A DNA stretch of 64,000 nt, taken from NCBI GenBank assembly GCA_043228905.1, contig JBHGNT010000012.1, positions 7,502,001 through 7,566,000 on the forward strand, in the 5' to 3' direction. The DNA comes from Azolla caroliniana (Eukaryota > Plantae > Polypodiophyta). This document shows positions 1 through 9,557 of this stretch, piece after piece. The translations under genes and the position numbers were made by a program. How positions within the stretch are numbered: position 1 is the first letter of the stretch; each line of letters begins with the position of its first letter. The notes beneath the pieces are model-generated. The model saw only the letters and a program-made list of their open reading frames with translations. It made no database searches and was not told where the DNA came from.

Positions 1-331
1 CATTGTTGCCGGTTTCGAATTCCGGCATCTTCCTCTTCCCCTTCTCTTTGCGCGTGAACCGTTTCCTCGGTTCCTTGCGCGGGGAGAGCACGACAGAGTC
101 TCCACCACTTGTCGTCTCTTCATCCGACTGGTCCAACCGACTCAGTCGCTCGTTCGGTCCACTCAACCGAAACGATTCCGGACTCTCATCTTAAGTCCCG
201 GCTTCTTCATCCTCTGCCAGGGCTGATTCAGGCTCACTGGCCTGACCTTCCGACATTGGGTCGGGATCGGAAGTCGGATTCGGTACGGAGTACCAGGATG
301 CCGATTCATCGAACTCGACATCCCGGCTAAC

Positions 332-2547
332 TCAGACTTCCTTCATCAGGGGGTTATAGCACTTATACCCCTTTTGCTCTTGAGCATAGCCGACTAGGAT
401 GCATTTTTCCGATTTTGCATCCAGCTTTCTCCGCTTCTGATCCGGCACATGCACATACGCTATGCTGCCGAATATCCGAAGGTGTCTTAAGTTCGGCTTG
501 CACCCGAAATACAGCTCATGAGCTGACACCTTGTCACCAATGCGGTTTTGTATGTAGACGGCCGTCCGGACCGCCTCCGCCCAGTAGAACCGGGGCATGC
601 TCTTCTCCTCCAGCATCGCCCTTGCCGCTTCGACGAGTGTCCGGTTCTTCCTTTCGGCCACACCGTTTTGCTCCGGTGTGTATCTGCAGCTGAACTCTCG
701 CCGAATTCCCTTCTGCTGCAGATAACTAGTGAATTGGCCGGAAAAATATTCCTTTCCGCCATCCGACCGAAGGCATTTGATCTTCCTCTCCGATTCCTGT
801 TCCACCATCTTCTGGAGGCTCCGGAAACAGTCGAAGACTTCGCTCTTCCGCTCAATGAGGTAGATCCAAGTATGTCGAGTATAGTCGTCGATGAAGGAGA
901 CGAAGTATCGGCTCCCGCCAAGGCTTACACTTTGTGCCGGTCCCCACACATCCGAATGGATGAGATCGAGCTTGTTACAGCTCCGGTTCCGTTCGGTGGG
1001 GAATGGAAGCCGGTGTTGCTTCCCAAGTTGGCAGGCTTCACAAATTTCGGCTCTCCGGCCGCTGAACTTCGGCAAACAGAAAACGACTTGTTTCGTTTGC
1101 AGATCTTGAAGCCTCCAGTAGTTGACGTGGCCTATCCGCTTGTGCCACAGGTCGATGTCTGACTCGACCTTCTGTCGTTTCGCGAACAGAGCGGTGCCAA
1201 AGTCATTGGTGTTGAGGATAAACATCCTCCCGTCTCTGCGCCCTTGCGAATTGACTTCGCCCTCATCCTCAATGAAGCACTCGAGGTGCGTAAACCGCAC
1301 CTGCATCCCCTAGTCGACAATCTGACCGACGGACACCAGGTTCTTCGTGATTGTCGGAACGTGTAATACGTTCATCAGCCTCCCTTTCTGTCCGACGTGG
1401 CTTAGAGGGACTTCTCCGACGTGCACGATTGGGTGAGGAGTGTCGTCTCCGGTTTCGACTACTCCTGGTTGATCCGATTTCTCCAGAAAGGAGAACCACT
1501 CTTTGTGGCTCGCTATGTGGTTCGACGCGCCGGAATCAACATACCACACTTCCTCCGTTTTGGAAGTGGTCTTCTTCATTGAGTTTGCCTTGTGATTCAT
1601 CACCAAGGATGGCCCCTTACCGGCCTTTCCGGTTCCAGATCCTCCTGATCCGTTTGCGTAGTGCGAGTTTTGCCGGCCATCCTTACCGGTCTTGCTAGAT
1701 CCGGATTTGTCCGAATCGGCACGCTTTCTCCAGCACTCGCTTTCCCTGTGGCCTTTTTTGCCACAGTACCAGCATTCCGTAGCGGATTTGTCTTGCCGGC
1801 CTCCGGCACCGCCTTGACTCCCCCAGCTTGTGGAAGTCCCGGAACTGCTGTCGGCACACTCATAGTGCCTTCGTTCCTGCTCTTGCCGACCGCCTCCATT
1901 GTGTGCCGACCCACCTCTTCCACCACGCCCACGGAGCCGATCCGTTCCCGTGTACAGCATTTGGTTGTCCGGGGATGCACTGGTATATACACCGGCGTGG
2001 TTCTCTACAAGGAGCATCGACTGTAAGTCGAAGAATGAGGGGGTATTCTCCCTTGTACACACCGCAGTCCGGAACGCTCCGAACTTGGACGCCAGGCCTC
2101 CGAGACATACCTGCACCATCTCGTCTTCCTCTATGGTAACATTGATAGAGGCGAGCGAGTTGCAGATTTCCTTTATCCGGCCCGTGTAGTCTGCCACGGA
2201 CATGTTCTTCTGTCGAACATTGCTCAACTCTTGTCTGAGTTGCAGCTTCCGGGCAGTGGTGCTTGCGGCGAAAACCTTTTTCAGGTTCCCCCAAGCATCC
2301 TTCGGTGTCTTGGCGTCACAGATATGGCTGAGTAGCTGATCGCTGACACTGGACGCGAAGCAGTACATCACCCTGCTTGCCGCCTGTTCCCATACCGGGA
2401 AGTCCTTGTGTGCCGAGTCTGGCGCCGCATCATTCGCTCCTTCGACATAACTCCAGTACCCATGTCCAAGCAGGTACTGGTACACTTGTAAGACCAGGAT
2501 GCATAGTTGCTCCTGTCGAGCTTCTCCACCGTGAGTGACATAGCCAT
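332..2547 (-). pseudogene. copia gag-protease-integrase polyprotein, disrupted
   Basis: ORFs 1310-2485 and 332-1306 are in the same frame, separated by a TAG where CAG is expected (IVD*GMQVRF). A second in-frame TGA lies at 332-334 (KEV*VSRDV). Confidence 0.88.
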
Positions 2548-2653
2548 GCCTCTATCCGTGTCTTCTACTGTGTCTGTTTTCGACCTGTTAGGGTTTTCTT
2601 CTCAAGAGTAAATGTCTGCAGCAGAGGTTCTCAACCCTCACGCTCTGATACCA

Positions 2654-2965
2654 CGTAAACGAAAGTGTTTGCGGAAGCGTAAAACAGAGAGCAACACAGA
2701 GAGAGACAGAGACAGAGACAGAGAGACAGAGAGACAGAGAGACAGAGAGACAGAGAGACAGAGACAGAGACAGAGAGAGACAGAGAGAGCGAGAGAGACA
2801 GAGAGAGCAGAACGTAGTTTCAAAATTATATCAAGACTCTGTATATACACTGTGCTAAGTAGCACTATTTATACAAGTCCTCTTGGGACTAATAGAAGTA
2901 CCATGTACTTCAATGCTCACACAAGCATCTGACACTTACTACGAGACTATAGCTACCTAGTAGTC
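2654..2965 (-). repeat. partial copia 5' LTR containing a (GACAGA/GAGA)n microsatellite (~2686-2810)
   Basis: Adjacent to the PBS; TATAAATAG on the - strand; similar to the LTR at 15287-15618 (GGACTTGTATAAATAGTG...GTTCTGCTCTCTCTGTCTCTC). Confidence 0.75.
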
Positions 2966-4122
2966 TATCCTAACGGGTAGGACCCATTATACTCACGTGT
3001 CAGCCAATACAGGCCGGTCCATCTAAACCGTAGTTTACCCGGCATCTTGCCCATCCAGGTCTGAAATACTAACACCGGCTTGCCGATTGCAAACATTTTT
3101 TCATTTCCTTTCCTGTGCCGGTCGACAAATGCTTTCCGTCGTCGTTGTTCCAATTCTAAGTGCAGGATGCTTGCCAGTCGTTGTTCCTCGAGTTCACACA
3201 ACGTTGTTAACCGTATTGCCTCCGACTCCTTCTCGTTCAGCCGTTCCCATAGCTGGATCCGTAAGCTGGGTACTTGGAATTCCATCGGCATTACTGCCTC
3301 TAGTCCGAACGCTAACCGGAACGGTGTTGTTCGGATGCTCGTTTTATATGTCGTTCGGTATGCCCAAAGCGCACTATGTAGCTTGGTATCCCAATCCATT
3401 TGGTTTTCGTTGACGATCTTCCAGAGGATATTCTGGAGCATTTTGTTCGTCGATTCAGCTAACCCGTTTGCTTGCAGATAGTATGGTGTGCTCCGTTTAT
3501 GGACAACGGCATAGAATGTCGTCAGGCTTTCAACTACTTGGCTGAGAAAGTGCCCCCCTTGGTCGCTTATTAATTCGATTGGGCATCCGTAACGGCACCA
3601 AATGTACTCGTATAGAAATTTTGTCGTTGACGTAGCGGTGTTGTCTCTTAAGGCTTTGGCCTCCACCCATTTCGTGCAGTAATCCGTCGCGACGATGACG
3701 TACCGATTACCTGTTCTCATTGCCGGTGGTTTGAACGTTCCAACAAAGTCCAACCCCCACTTCTGGAATGGTTTGAGTAGTAGTACAGGCTGGTGTGGCA
3801 TCTGAGCCTGCTCCGTTGGTTGGCCCATTCGCTGGCATAGGTCACATTGTTTTGTGTACCGTACCGCATCTCTTAATGTCGTTGGCCACCATAGGCCACT
3901 TTGCCATATTTTCCTGGCTGTCGCATCTCCGGCATAGTGACCTCTGGCAACTCCGCAGTGGGCTTCCCTCAGTATCAGGTCCTTTTCATCGTTGCGCACA
4001 GCCCGTCTCCATATGTTGTCTGCGCCCTTGTGGTAAAGTGTGTCTCGCAGCACCGCCAGGCGTTTCCTTTCGTCCCGGTTCATCTCTTCTGGAGGCAGTC
4101 CTGTGCTCAGAAACTGGTGCAT
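2965..4122 (-). pseudogene. gypsy integrase of element A
   Basis: HHCC zinc finger (H...GHY...CDLCQ), DDE core, GPY/F-like RWTGLYW; truncated at the junction with the copia LTR. Confidence 0.88.
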
Positions 4123-4259
4123 ATTTGTGAGCCACTTGTCTTCCTATGCCACAGTTTCATCTGCTGTCGTTTCCGTAGTGACTCGAAACAGCTCTGCATC
4201 CGGAAACTCGTCCGCTACTCCGTCACCCGTCTCTCCGGACTCTAATCGGCTTAAGTAAT

Positions 4260-4612
4260 TGTCAAGATTCGAACTCTTGACACGACCATGTTATAATCTA
4301 CTATTATGAGTTAACCAAGATATCTAGTACTAGTTATGTATGTAATTGGTCCTTATTATTTTGCTAGCATCATGTGCATAGTTGCTCCCTTGTAGTATTT
4401 ACACTTGGCACATGCATGCATACCTACATGCTCTATTGTAGATTCACATGCGTGCAACAAGTATGCATGCCATGTAGTATAAATAGAGGAGTTCACCTTG
4501 AAGGAATTCAAGGTGAACAACACCAGTTATGGAGTCTTTCCTTTAGTACTATCTTCTTTCTTGTCCATTTGGTTATCTTCTTCGTTGTCTCTTGAGTTTA
4601 TGATCCGTGACA
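4260..4612 (+). repeat. 5' LTR of element B (TATA box 4478-4485, predicted TSS ~4510)
   Basis: Direct repeat of 9200-9552; TATAAATA followed 32 nt later by a CA initiator. Confidence 0.95.
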
Positions 4613-4662
4613 GTTTGTTCACCTTCCCATCCTCATAGCTCTCCCTCTCATAAGCCATAGCT

Positions 4663-5679
4663 ATGTCCGACTCAACTAGTGAGTTAGGCCAAATAATGGT
4701 AGCCTTACGACAACTACAGCTTGAAAATGAAGCTCTTCGAAATTCTTTACAAGAACTTCAAGTCGGTACCTCCCTATCCTCACAACCCCTGAACCCTAGT
4801 CTCCCACAACAACCTAGCCTAGAGCCCGATCTTCTACCAACATCTAGCCTAGCTTCGTCACAGTTTCTTGAGCCTAAGGTTAGCCTCCCAGAAAAATTTG
4901 ATGGAACGAGGTCGCGTTTCCGAGGGTTCATCAACCAAGTTCGACTTATCATTCGGCTACAACCTCAACGTTATGGAGATGGTCTTCGACAAGTCGGCCT
5001 TGTGGGCACCCTTCTCTCCGGTCCGGCCCAAGCTTGGTTTGCACCATTGGTAGAAACCTCATCACCTTTATTGGAGGACTTTCCCGCCTTCCTCGCCGAG
5101 TTAGAGGCCACATTTGGAGAGACGGACCGACGACGTACAGCTCTTAACAAGATTTATGCACTCGAACAAGGTTCACGTGCAGCTTCAGTCTATGCTTCCG
5201 AATTTCGACAACTAGCATGCGACGTCAATTGGGATGATCAAGCTTTAGCTGATCACTTTCGGCGCGGTCTTCGAAGCAATGTCAAGAATCTTCTCTTAAA
5301 CTTTCCGGAGCCCACCTCGTTATCCCAAGCGATTTCACAAGCAGTCCATTGTGACAATCGTCTTTTCGAATTTCGCCAAGAAGAGCGCCAGACTTGGGTT
5401 CCACCTCATTCACTTCCACGCCACGCCCCGATCATACAACCCCAAGCATCCTCACACTCGCCTACTTCGGCAGATGCTCCTGTCCCCATGGAAATTGATC
5501 AAGCCCGATTTCGGCCATTGACTGATGCTGAACGACAATTTCGGCGGGCTAATGGCTTGTGCATGTATTGTGGCGCCTCCGGTCATGTCGTTCGCCATTG
5601 TCCTAGGAGTACTCGCCCACAATTCCATAGAGCTACCGGCCCCCAACATCCGGAAAACGACATCGTTCGGTTGCAGTAG
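4663..5679 (+). CDS. gag (PEG10/RTL1-like capsid + CCHC knuckle) of element B
   Basis: PEKFDGTRSRFRGF, LLSGPAQAW, LEQGSRAASVYASEF, PVPMEID, CMYCGASGHVVRHC. Confidence 0.95.
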   Translation: MSDSTSELGQIMVALRQLQLENEALRNSLQELQVGTSLSSQPLNPSLPQQPSLEPDLLPTSSLASSQFLEPKVSLPEKFDGTRSRFRGFINQVRLIIRLQPQRYGDGLRQVGLVGTLLSGPAQAWFAPLVETSSPLLEDFPAFLAELEATFGETDRRRTALNKIYALEQGSRAASVYASEFRQLACDVNWDDQALADHFRRGLRSNVKNLLLNFPEPTSLSQAISQAVHCDNRLFEFRQEERQTWVPPHSLPRHAPIIQPQASSHSPTSADAPVPMEIDQARFRPLTDAERQFRRANGLCMYCGASGHVVRHCPRSTRPQFHRATGPQHPENDIVRLQ

Positions 5680-8600
5680 GAGCCATGCAACTGGACATCT
5701 CCCGTCGCCCACATTCTCTTGGTTCCATTGCCGGACCATCAGGCAATTTCACATTGGAGGTATGGCTTTCGTTTAACTCTAGTTCCATTCAGTCTGTTGC
5801 TTTACTTGATTCTGGGGCATCTTCTTGCTTCATCGACGTCGCGTTTGCCCAAGCACATGGCGTACCTGTCGTTGGCCTCTCAAAACCCATTCCAGTTGAA
5901 GCCATCGACGGGTGCGTCCTCTCGTCAGGTGCAATTACTCAAGCTACAATCCCATTAGGGCTTCGGGTGGGCTCACACCAAGAGGAGCTCACCTTTTACC
6001 TCATCGCATCTCCTCGACATCCGATCGTCTTAGGACTAACGTGGTTGGAGGCGCACAATCCAATAGTGGATTGGTGCAACCGCTCAATCACATTTAGCAA
6101 GCCAAGATGCTCGTGCAAAAGTATGAAGGTAAATTCAGTTTCCTATCCTTCGGAGACGGTCGACTCCGAATTGACTACCCCATCATCCGTCCAGGATGGG
6201 TTTGTTTGTGGCGCCATTTCTAACACACTCCATGTTATTCCCGAAAAATACCAACACTTCTCCGACGTATTTGAAAAATGTAATGCTGATCGGTTGCCTG
6301 AACACCGGCTCTACGACTGTCCGATTGATCTTCAAGAAGGTGCGTGTCCACCCTTTGGTCCTCTATATGCGTTGTCTGCACCAGAGTTGAAGGCCCTTCG
6401 TGTGTATCTTGATGAGAACCTCGAGAAAGGCTTTATTCAACCTTCTAAGTCACCAGCCGGGGCCCCCATTTTATTTGTGAAGAAGAAGGACGGCTCTCTA
6501 CGCTTATGCGTCGACTACCGAGGTCTCAACAAACTCACTGTGCGCAACCGCTATCCGCTACCTCTGATCCCCGAACTCCTTGATCGGCTCCGAGTTGCGC
6601 GTGTCTTCTCCAAAGTTGATCTGCGTGGCGCGTACAATCTAGTACGCATCAAGCCGGGGGATGAATGGAAAACCGCATTTCGAACACGGTATGGGCATTT
6701 CGAATACAAGGTAATGCCTTTTGGTCTTACTAACGCTCCCGCAGTTTTTCAACATATGATGAACGATATTTTCCGGGAATATCTTGATCTTTTTGTTGTC
6801 ATTTACCTCGATGATATTCTCATTTTCTCGCCAAACATGGAGGAGCACACTCGCCAAGTCCGATTAGTTCTGGCCAAACTTCGCGAGCATGGCCTTTATG
6901 CCAAAGGCGAGAAATGCGAGTTCGACCGTACCTCGATTGAATTTCTGGGCTACATCATCTCACCCACTGGCATCACCATGGATATGAAGAAGGTCTCTGT
7001 CATTCAGGCGTGGGCGACTCCAAGGCGACTTAAAGATGTGCAATCCTTCCTCGGCTTCGCGAATTTTTACCGTCGCTTCATCAAGGGGTTTTCCACCCTA
7101 GCACAACCTCTTATCGCTCTCACCCATAAAGGCACTCCATTTTTATGGACCTTGGAGGCACAAAATGCGTTCGACTCACTCAAACATGCATTCATCACTG
7201 CCCCGGTGCTGCTACATGCCGACCCCACAAAACCCTTCCAAGTCGAAACCGATGCCTCTGACTTTGCCATTGGCGCCATCTTATCCCAAGCAGACGACAA
7301 TAACCTAATGCACCCAGTGGCTTACTATTCCCGAAAATTTACGGCATCCGAAATCAATTATCCCATTTACGACAAGGAGCTTGCTGCTATCATTGCTGCC
7401 TTTGAAGAATGGCGACCCTACTTGGCCGGCGCACAACATCGTGTCCAGGTAGTGACTGATCATAAAAATTTAGTTTATTTTTCCACCACTCGTACTTTGA
7501 ATCGAAGGCAGGCCCGTTGGTCTACATTTCTCGCCGACTACGATTTTGAGATCGTATTTCGACCTGGTGGCCAACATGGGAAGGCTGATGCCCTTTCTCG
7601 CCGAGCTGACCTTGCACTCCGCCCTGGGGATGCTGCTTATGCTCAACAATCTAGACGTTTGTTGAAACCCGACCAATTGCATCTGTTTGCCACTTGTATG
7701 TTGCAGGATGATTCTTTACTCCAACAAATCACTGATGCATCCAAGACCGATGCGTTCGCCAACGAGATTCGAGATAGTCTGCAAAACCCCTCCAAGGCGA
7801 CCAAAAGGAAGGATCTTGACACCTTCACCATACAAGAGGGTTTGTTGTTCCGAGATCATCTCTTATACGTCCCAGAGGGCCCATGTCGCACCCGGGTGTT
7901 GCGGGAATGCCACGATGACCCACTTGCAGGTCATTTCGGGGTTGCGAAAACCCTCGAGCTAATCTCTCGGGGGTATTGGTGGCCACAACCATGGAAGCTG
8001 GTCAAAGAATACATAAAGAGTTGTGAGGTTTGTGCTCGCTCCAAAGCCATTCATCATCGGCCATACGGCTTACTACAACCGCTTCCATGTCCTCGTTGTC
8101 CTTGGGCCTCTATCTCTATGGACCTGATAACTGATCTACCCTTGGTCAATAGCTATGACTCGGTGTTGGTCGTTGTCGATCGGTTTACGAAGATGGCTCA
8201 CTTCACTCCATGCTCCAAAACCATTTCCGGAGAAGGAATGGTGCATCTCCTACTCAACAATGTAGTACGCTTGCATGGACTCCCCGATGATGTCATCTCG
8301 GATCGCGGACCCCAGTTTGTCTCTCACTTCTGGCAGCGCCTGCTACAAACTTTAGGCATCTCTGTCAAGTTGTCCTCTGCTTATCACCCCCAAACTGACG
8401 GGCAAACGGAGCGTGTCAACCAAATCCTTGAGCAGTATCTTCGGTGCTCGGTTAGTTACCAACAAGATGATTGGGTCAACTTACTTTCGCTCGCAGAATT
8501 CGCCTACAATAATTCTCTCCATGCATCGACTGGTGTCACTCCCTTCTTTGCCAACTACGGTTTACATCCTCGCTTCAACATTTCCCTTCCTACCACTTCC

Positions 8601-9236
8601 GTGAACCCTTCGGCGGAGGATCGTGCCCGCATTTTGGAAGAAGTACATCATGATTTATCCTTGGAGCTTAGTCTTGCTAATGAACGATACAAGAAGCAGG
8701 CTGATCGCCATCGATCTTCCACTCCACACTTTGTCGTTGGAGACATGGTCTGGTTGTTACGTCGACACATCTCTACTACTCGTCCATGTGCGAAACTTGA
8801 TTACAAGAAGTTGGGACCATTCCGTATCATCGAGTGCATCAATCCCGTCGCCTTCCGGCTCGCCCTTCCATCCCACTTCCGGATTCACGATGTTTTTCAT
8901 GTCTCCCTCCTCGAACCCCATTATGCTTCACAACTCCCAGGACGTCAAGCCCCACCACCACCACCTGTGCAATTGACGACAGGGGAGGAATACGAGGTCG
9001 ACCAAATCCTTGACTCGCGTTGGCACCGTCGACACTTGCAATACCTCGTCCTATGGAGGGGTTACCCCATGTCTGAGGCCACATGGGAACCATCGGCAAA
9101 TTTACAAAATGCCCCAGAGGTCGTCCAAGATTTTCATCACCGATATCCCCACAAACCAGCAGCCGATTTGGGAAGGCGGCGGCGTAAGAAGGGGGATAAT
9201 GTCAAGATTCGAACTCTTGACACGACCATGTTATAA
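5652..9236 (+). CDS. pol (PR-RT-RNaseH-INT-chromodomain), in the -1 frame relative to gag
   Basis: ALLDSGAS, YLDD, ETDASD, TDHKNL, INT ISMDLIT..SDRGPQF..QTDGQTER, C-terminal chromodomain EYEVDQILDSR..YLVLWRGY..TWEP. The frame is open from the slippery site at 5652 through the ATG at 5685. Confidence 0.95.
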   Translation, partial: GKRHRSVAVGAMQLDISRRPHSLGSIAGPSGNFTLEVWLSFNSSSIQSVALLDSGASSCFIDVAFAQAHGVPVVGLSKPIPVEAIDGCVLSSGAITQATIPLGLRVGSHQEELTFYLIASPRHPIVLGLTWLEAHNPIVDWCNRSITFSKPRCSCKSMKVNSVSYPSETVDSELTTPSSVQDGFVCGAISNTLHVIPEKYQHFSDVFEKCNADRLPEHRLYDCPIDLQEGACPPFGPLYALSAPELKALRVYLDENLEKGFIQPSKSPAGAPILFVKKKDGSLRLCVDYRGLNKLTVRNRYPLPLIPELLDRLRVARVFSKVDLRGAYNLVRIKPGDEWKTAFRTRYGHFEYKVMPFGLTNAPAVFQHMMNDIFREYLDLFVVIYLDDILIFSPNMEEHTRQVRLVLAKLREHGLYAKGEKCEFDRTSIEFLGYIISPTGITMDMKKVSVIQAWATPRRLKDVQSFLGFANFYRRFIKGFSTLAQPLIALTHKGTPFLWTLEAQNAFDSLKHAFITAPVLLHADPTKPFQVETDASDFAIGAILSQADDNNLMHPVAYYSRKFTASEINYPIYDKELAAIIAAFEEWRPYLAGAQHRVQVVTDHKNLVYFSTTRTLNRRQARWSTFLADYDFEIVFRPGGQHGKADALSRRADLALRPGDAAYAQQSRRLLKPDQLHLFATCMLQDDSLLQQITDASKTDAFANEIRDSLQNPSKATKRKDLDTFTIQEGLLFRDHLLYVPEGPCRTRVLRECHDDPLAGHFGVAKTLELISRGYWWPQPWKLVKEYIKSCEVCARSKAIHHRPYGLLQPLPCPRCPWASISMDLITDLPLVNSYDSVLVVVDRFTKMAHFTPCSKTISGEGMVHLLLNNVVRLHGLPDDVISDRGPQFVSHFWQRLLQTLGISVKLSSAYHPQTDGQTERVNQILEQYLRCSVSYQQDDWVNLLSLAEFAYNNSLHASTGVTPFFANYGLHPRFNISLPTTSVNPSAEDRARILEEVHHDLSLELSLANERYKKQADRHRSSTPHFVVGDMVWLLRRHISTTRPCAKLDYKKLGPFRIIECINPVAFRLALPSHFRIHDVFHVSLLEPHYASQLPGRQAPPPPPVQLTTGEEYEVDQILDSRWHRRHLQYLVLWRGYPMSEATWEPSANLQNAPEVVQDFHHRYPHKPAADLGRRRRKKGDNVKIRTLDTTML

Positions 9237-9552
9237 TCTACTATTATGAGTTAACCAAGATATCTAGTACTAGTTATGTATGTAATTGGTCCTTATTATT
9301 TTGCTAGCATCATGTGCATAGTTGCTCCCTTGTAGTATTTACACTTGGCACATGCATGCATACCTACATGCTCTATTGTAGATTCACATGCGTGCAACAA
9401 GTATGCATGCCATGTAGTATAAATAGAGGAGTTCACCTTGAAGGAATTCAAGGTGAACAACACCAGTTATGGAGTCTTTCCTTTAGTACTATCTTCTTTC
9501 TTGTCCATTTGGTTATCTTCTTCGTTGTCTCTTGAGTTTATGATCCGTGACA
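9200..9552 (+). repeat. 3' LTR of element B
   Basis: Identical to the 5' LTR; preceded by the PPT and followed by the TSD. Confidence 0.95.
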
Positions 9553-9557
9553 GTAAT

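Larger units (their letters stand above)
1..2965 (-). mobile_element. Ty1/copia LTR retrotransposon, 5' part (truncated 5' LTR, PBS, gag-PR-INT; continues beyond window start)
   Basis: Met-iCAT PBS TGGTATCAGAGC at 2642-2653 (-). Gag zinc knuckle CWYCGKKGHRESEC, protease WYVDSGAS, GAG-pre-integrase LWHKRIGH and integrase HSDVWGP...LRSDGGKEY...PEQNGVAER, in copia order. Confidence 0.93.
4260..9552 (+). mobile_element. Intact Ty3/gypsy chromovirus (Tcn1 / Tf1-sushi-like) element B
   Basis: 353-bp LTRs at 4260-4612 and 9200-9552, identical by eye, with TG..CA ends. 5-bp TSD GTAAT (4255-4259, 9553-9557). PPT AAGAAGGGGGATAA at 9186-9199. Uninterrupted gag and pol. Confidence 0.97.

Noticed and set aside
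1307-1312. In-frame TAG between copia PR and INT ORFs as programmed readthrough
   Set aside because: It falls at a conserved Gln position (IVDQG), and a second stop occurs at 332-334; simple C-to-T decay explains both.
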